Below, in pieces: positions 22,652 through 26,785 of a stretch of DNA of 26,785 bases. Source of the DNA: Ginkgo biloba (lineage: Eukaryota; Plantae; Ginkgophyta); the NCBI GenBank assembly GCA_024626585.2, contig JANKJI020000002.1, positions 36,718,017 to 36,744,801 of the forward strand, given 5' to 3'. The first letter of the stretch is position 1. Every line of letters starts with the position of its first letter. The translations under genes and the position numbers were made by a program. The notes under the pieces are model-generated. The model searched no databases, had not been told where the DNA came from, and saw nothing but the letters and a program-made list of their open reading frames with translations.

Positions 22652-23158
22652 CAAGGGTATATATTCCTTTAACAAATCTAGTATGATCTAGTCTACTATT
22701 GTGGGGAGTATATATTTGATCATTTTGGTTATAACCTCAAACAAATTCTTATAAGACACATCCATTAAGGTTATTAGTCTTCAACTTGTAATCATATTTG
22801 GGTCACCCACTTTGGAAATTAGTTCTTATATCACCTTGATTAATAAGTTCCCCTAAAGTTTCCTTGATTAAAGATTCTTAACATACTTTGGGTAAAATAC
22901 AACCAGTAAAATCCCAAATGGATTTGTAAAGTCACTAGGGAATCCATCCATTCCAAGGGATTTTTTATTTTCCATGTCATATAAATAATATTTTGTATCT
23001 TCCATATTTAGAGGGGATTCATAGATTCTTATATCTTACTTTAAACTTATCTTATACAGTATTTCTTTCTTATAGTATTTGAGAGATTTATAATGAGCTC
23101 CTAAATCACCTTAGGACTTGAATATTTGGAAGTAGTTGATGTGAAAATCCCTTAAAGG
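22652..23158 (-). mobile_element. Decayed L1-type LINE reverse transcriptase
   Basis: KKSLGMDGFPSDFYKSIWD...LISKVGDPNMITS*RLITLMDVSYK...ILPTIVD...HTRFVKG matches KSPGxDG...FYK..W, LIPK...WRPITLLNxxYK and QxGFVKGR. Confidence 0.88.
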
Positions 23159-24860
23159 NNNNNNNNNNNNNNNNNNNNNNNNNNNNNNNNNNNNNNNNNN
23201 NNNNNNNNNNNNNNNNNNNNNNNNNNNNNNNNNNNNNNNNNNNNNNNNNNNNNNNNNNNNNNNNNNNNNNNNNNNNNNNNNNNNNNNNNNNNNNNNNNNN
23301 NNNNNNNNNNNNNNNNNNNNNNNNNNNNNNNNNNNNNNNNNNNNNNNNNNNNNNNNNNNNNNNNNNNNNNNNNNNNNNNNNNNNNNNNNNNNNNNNNNNN
23401 NNNNNNNNNNNNNNNNNNNNNNNNNNNNNNNNNNNNNNNNNNNNNNNNNNNNNNNNNNNNNNNNNNNNNNNNNNNNNNNNNNNNNNNNNNNNNNNNNNNN
23501 NNNNNNNNNNNNNNNNNNNNNNNNNNNNNNNNNNNNNNNNNNNNNNNNNNNNNNNNNNNNNNNNNNNNNNNNNNNNNNNNNNNNNNNNNNNNNNNNNNNN
23601 NNNNNNNNNNNNNNNNNNNNNNNNNNNNNNNNNNNNNNNNNNNNNNNNNNNNNNNNNNNNNNNNNNNNNNNNNNNNNNNNNNNNNNNNNNNNNNNNNNNN
23701 NNNNNNNNNNNNNNNNNNNNNNNNNNNNNNNNNNNNNNNNNNNNNNNNNNNNNNNNNNNNNNNNNNNNNNNNNNNNNNNNNNNNNNNNNNNNNNNNNNNN
23801 NNNNNNNNNNNNNNNNNNNNNNNNNNNNNNNNNNNNNNNNNNNNNNNNNNNNNNNNNNNNNNNNNNNNNNNNNNNNNNNNNNNNNNNNNNNNNNNNNNNN
23901 NNNNNNNNNNNNNNNNNNNNNNNNNNNNNNNNNNNNNNNNNNNNNNNNNNNNNNNNNNNNNNNNNNNNNNNNNNNNNNNNNNNNNNNNNNNNNNNNNNNN
24001 NNNNNNNNNNNNNNNNNNNNNNNNNNNNNNNNNNNNNNNNNNNNNGTAGTGTATCAGAAAAAAGATGCATATTAAAGAGGTTTGACACATGTTAAACCTA
24101 ATTCAAACCAAGTACCTACAATTAAATACCAAATTCAACAAAGAAGTCAAAGATATAAGTGGGAAAGAAGAAGAGGCATTTGAAGAGGAATCGGGACTCT
24201 TAAGAGATAAAGGGAGAAGTGAAGAGACAAAAGCCAAGAAAACCTTAGGAACACACATTATTATATTTAAGAAAAGCAAAGTATGAGGGAGGATGCATTA
24301 ATTATCCATATCTTATCTTATCTTTCCTAGTCTTATAGTTTGTAAGCTTCTTCTAATAACAACTTAGATTTTTATTGCTAGATTATAATGATGGATTTAT
24401 ACAAGTATATACCTTTGTACTTATGCTAAGACATTGTTATTTTTTCTACTATTGGAGGATAATTATTTGTTCTAGAAAGGAGAAGGGCATTTAACCTAAT
24501 ATAGGTTAGGCAATTACTCATGGAGTCTAAGAAATCATTTTGGCTTACTATTTACAGGGTTGTGTTATCATATGGTAATTGGGTATAGATCTCACATGAG
24601 GTGTGTCATCTACAAGGGGATGGTTGGATAGCATATGAGTTCACTAAAAATGATGATATGGGAGTGAATGTCATTTCCCTTTGGAAATTAAATAGTGCCC
24701 TTACATTGGTAAGCACTTTGTATTTCCTTTTCTATCAAGAATAAAATTGGATCATTCTTATTTATTTACTTTCTAAGTTCTTTATCTATATTATACAATT
24801 CTATTTCCAAATTCATATTAAATATTTGCAGGTGTTGAACATTGCTTGGTTGTGTTATAG

Positions 24861-24872
24861 TGGTATCAGATC
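24861..24872 (+). promoter_or_regulatory. tRNA-Met primer binding site
   Basis: TGGTATCAGATC after an eroded LTR end (TGTTATA); implies LTR sequence upstream. Confidence 0.6.
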
Positions 24873-25114
24873 CTAATTCAATTCATGGTTCTAGTTACCA
24901 AATATAACTACATAAGAGGAATTTTTAAGGGATAAATTGAGTGTCTAAGAAACTTGATTGAGATCTCAAGAGGATTATGTAGAAAAATTAGAGAGTATGA
25001 TCAATGCATTAATCAATGGTAATAAAGTTTGTGATGACAATAATAATACCAACCATGAGACAATTGACAACATAAGAAGTGGTATATTTGAATGAGTTTA
25101 TGAATCCATTTGCA

Positions 25115-25290
25115 TATAAGTTACACGTAAGTCATTTGCATATAGAATACAAGTAAGTCACTTGTATTCAAGTTACAAGTCACTTTCATGCAAGTTGCAA
25201 GAAAGTCACTTGCACACAAGTTGAAGGTGATTTCTTATTAATTGTCGAAAAGCTACCTGCACTTAAGATGAAAGTGACTTTCTGTCACTT
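25115..25290. repeat. AAGTCACTT-motif degenerate tandem repeat
   Basis: About 5 units of (A/C)AAGTCACTT(G/T) at ~20-26 bp spacing, plus an inverted AAGTGACTT. Confidence 0.65.
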
Positions 25291-26716
25291 TCTAAATAGT
25301 CAACTTACAAGACAAATTGGGCAAAATCCATATAGATAAAACCTTTGTTCAAATAATAAAATTTATAACATTTTCTATTAGCTGAAACAATCCCAATAAG
25401 ATGAAAATTAGAGTTATGGTTTTTAATTTATGGTCAAAATTGTGACTTCTTGCNNNNNNNNNNNNNNNNNNNNNNNNNNNNNNNNNNNNNNNNNNNNNNN
25501 NNNNNNNNNNNNNNNNNNNNNNNNNNNNNNNNNNNNNNNNNNNNNNNNNNNNNGTTCTTATCATAAAAAGGTATTAATAGGCTCCATAATAGTGTAGAAA
25601 ACTCCCTAAATAATACTAATAGTTTTGGGAACTCAAACTAAACTAGTTAGTTGTAAATTATTGCCTTTTTAAGAGAAAAAATATTAGTCCATTGACTCTT
25701 AACAACTAGATTCCATTGTAAGTCCAAAGGCCACTAAGTAATACTTTATTCCTCATCTTAAAATTTTTATAAGTGAACAAGAAAAAACCTTTGATGAGAT
25801 ATATTGGACATCACTTTCCAACCAAATGTATTCTATGATTTATGAATCCAAATTATAAGGATAGACTCAAGTGGAGGACAACTAAGAAAATTACCTATTA
25901 AGGTACAAAAAGCAATATTATCAATAATAAGGTTTAAATGCTCTAGTTCTATAATGACATCAAGGTCACTAGACCTACCTCCTAGAACACTTTTAGGAAG
26001 AACTTGTAATCCCTCTTTGGGTCCATCCTTTGAAATGCCTTGAGTAGTAGGTTTAGAATGATCACCCTATGAAATAGAGTAGGCAACACAATAATATGCA
26101 AAGAGAGATTGAACTAGTGTCATTTTTTTCCATTATTTAAAAAATTTAGTGGCCTTATATGGATCGATTAACAAATCAAATCATATTCCTATGGGAGATT
26201 AATTACTAAAGATATGACAAGACATTGAGAATTACTTAGATAGGACAAGATAATATGGGGAATTAACCTATAGTGTTATATTTTTCTTATAAATTATATA
26301 CTCTAAGAATATAGAAGTAACAAAATCCATAAAAAACTTAACATGAGAAAGCATGTAGAGTTAAAAGTTTTAAGAACTTTTAAAAACTTGAATTATTCAA
26401 TCTTAAAAATAATGTATAAATATAAGTTATTGAGGTAAATCATTTGACTAAAATACTTATGCTCTAGATCCATGATGTCTTAAGTTATGCATTTCCATAT
26501 GATTAATCCTATATTAGATGAATCTTAGGTTGAGGCTTCAGTCATGGCTAATTATACCTCCTATCACCTAGTCTTATTTTACGTGGACCCTAGTACATGT
26601 GCATAACAAATAATTACCATAAACTATTATTTTGTTATATATTAGTAATATATTATGATTAGTTTAATATAATGATAGTTAGTATTAATTTAACCATAAT
26701 TATATATTTTTCTAAC

Positions 26717-26785
26717 TATAATTATGATGTCCATCATTCCTTGAGAGGGCTAGTACATGATCCTATGGATATGGCTCGTTGAGGG
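26717..26785 (+). mobile_element. LTR-like family X, divergent copy D (start, runs off window)
   Basis: TGATGTCCATC...GAGGGCTAGTACATGATCCTATG resembles the start of copy B (TGATGTTCCATCC...GAGGGTGCTAGGACATGGTTCTATG). Confidence 0.5.

Noticed and set aside
23111-24090. 325-aa and 312-aa ORFs, and other X-filled ORFs in the track
   Set aside because: Artefacts of translating through N gaps.

Overview
Very AT-rich eukaryotic (seed-plant, probably gymnosperm-like; taxon is an inference) draft-assembly DNA with many N gaps. Most of it is a nest of decayed retroelements: Ty3/gypsy gag, protease and RT remnants, an L1-type LINE RT, LTR fragments with PBS/PPT signals, and a small non-coding LTR element. 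The stand-out is a minus-strand chimeric pseudogene on one gap-free contig (8857-12916). An ABC1K9/At5g05200-like AarF kinase segment, intron-poor but with one canonical 318-bp GT-AG intron, is fused in frame to a type-2 tryptophan synthase beta chain. The TrpB2 part ends about 45 bp before a polypurine tract and a 631-bp TGTTA...TAACA LTR in the same orientation, which is the layout expected for LTR-retrotransposon capture of two host transcripts. Both halves have lost a key catalytic residue, and the 3' end is far more decayed than the 5' part. No intact protein-coding gene, RNA gene or CRISPR array is supported. All homologies were recognised by eye, not by database search.
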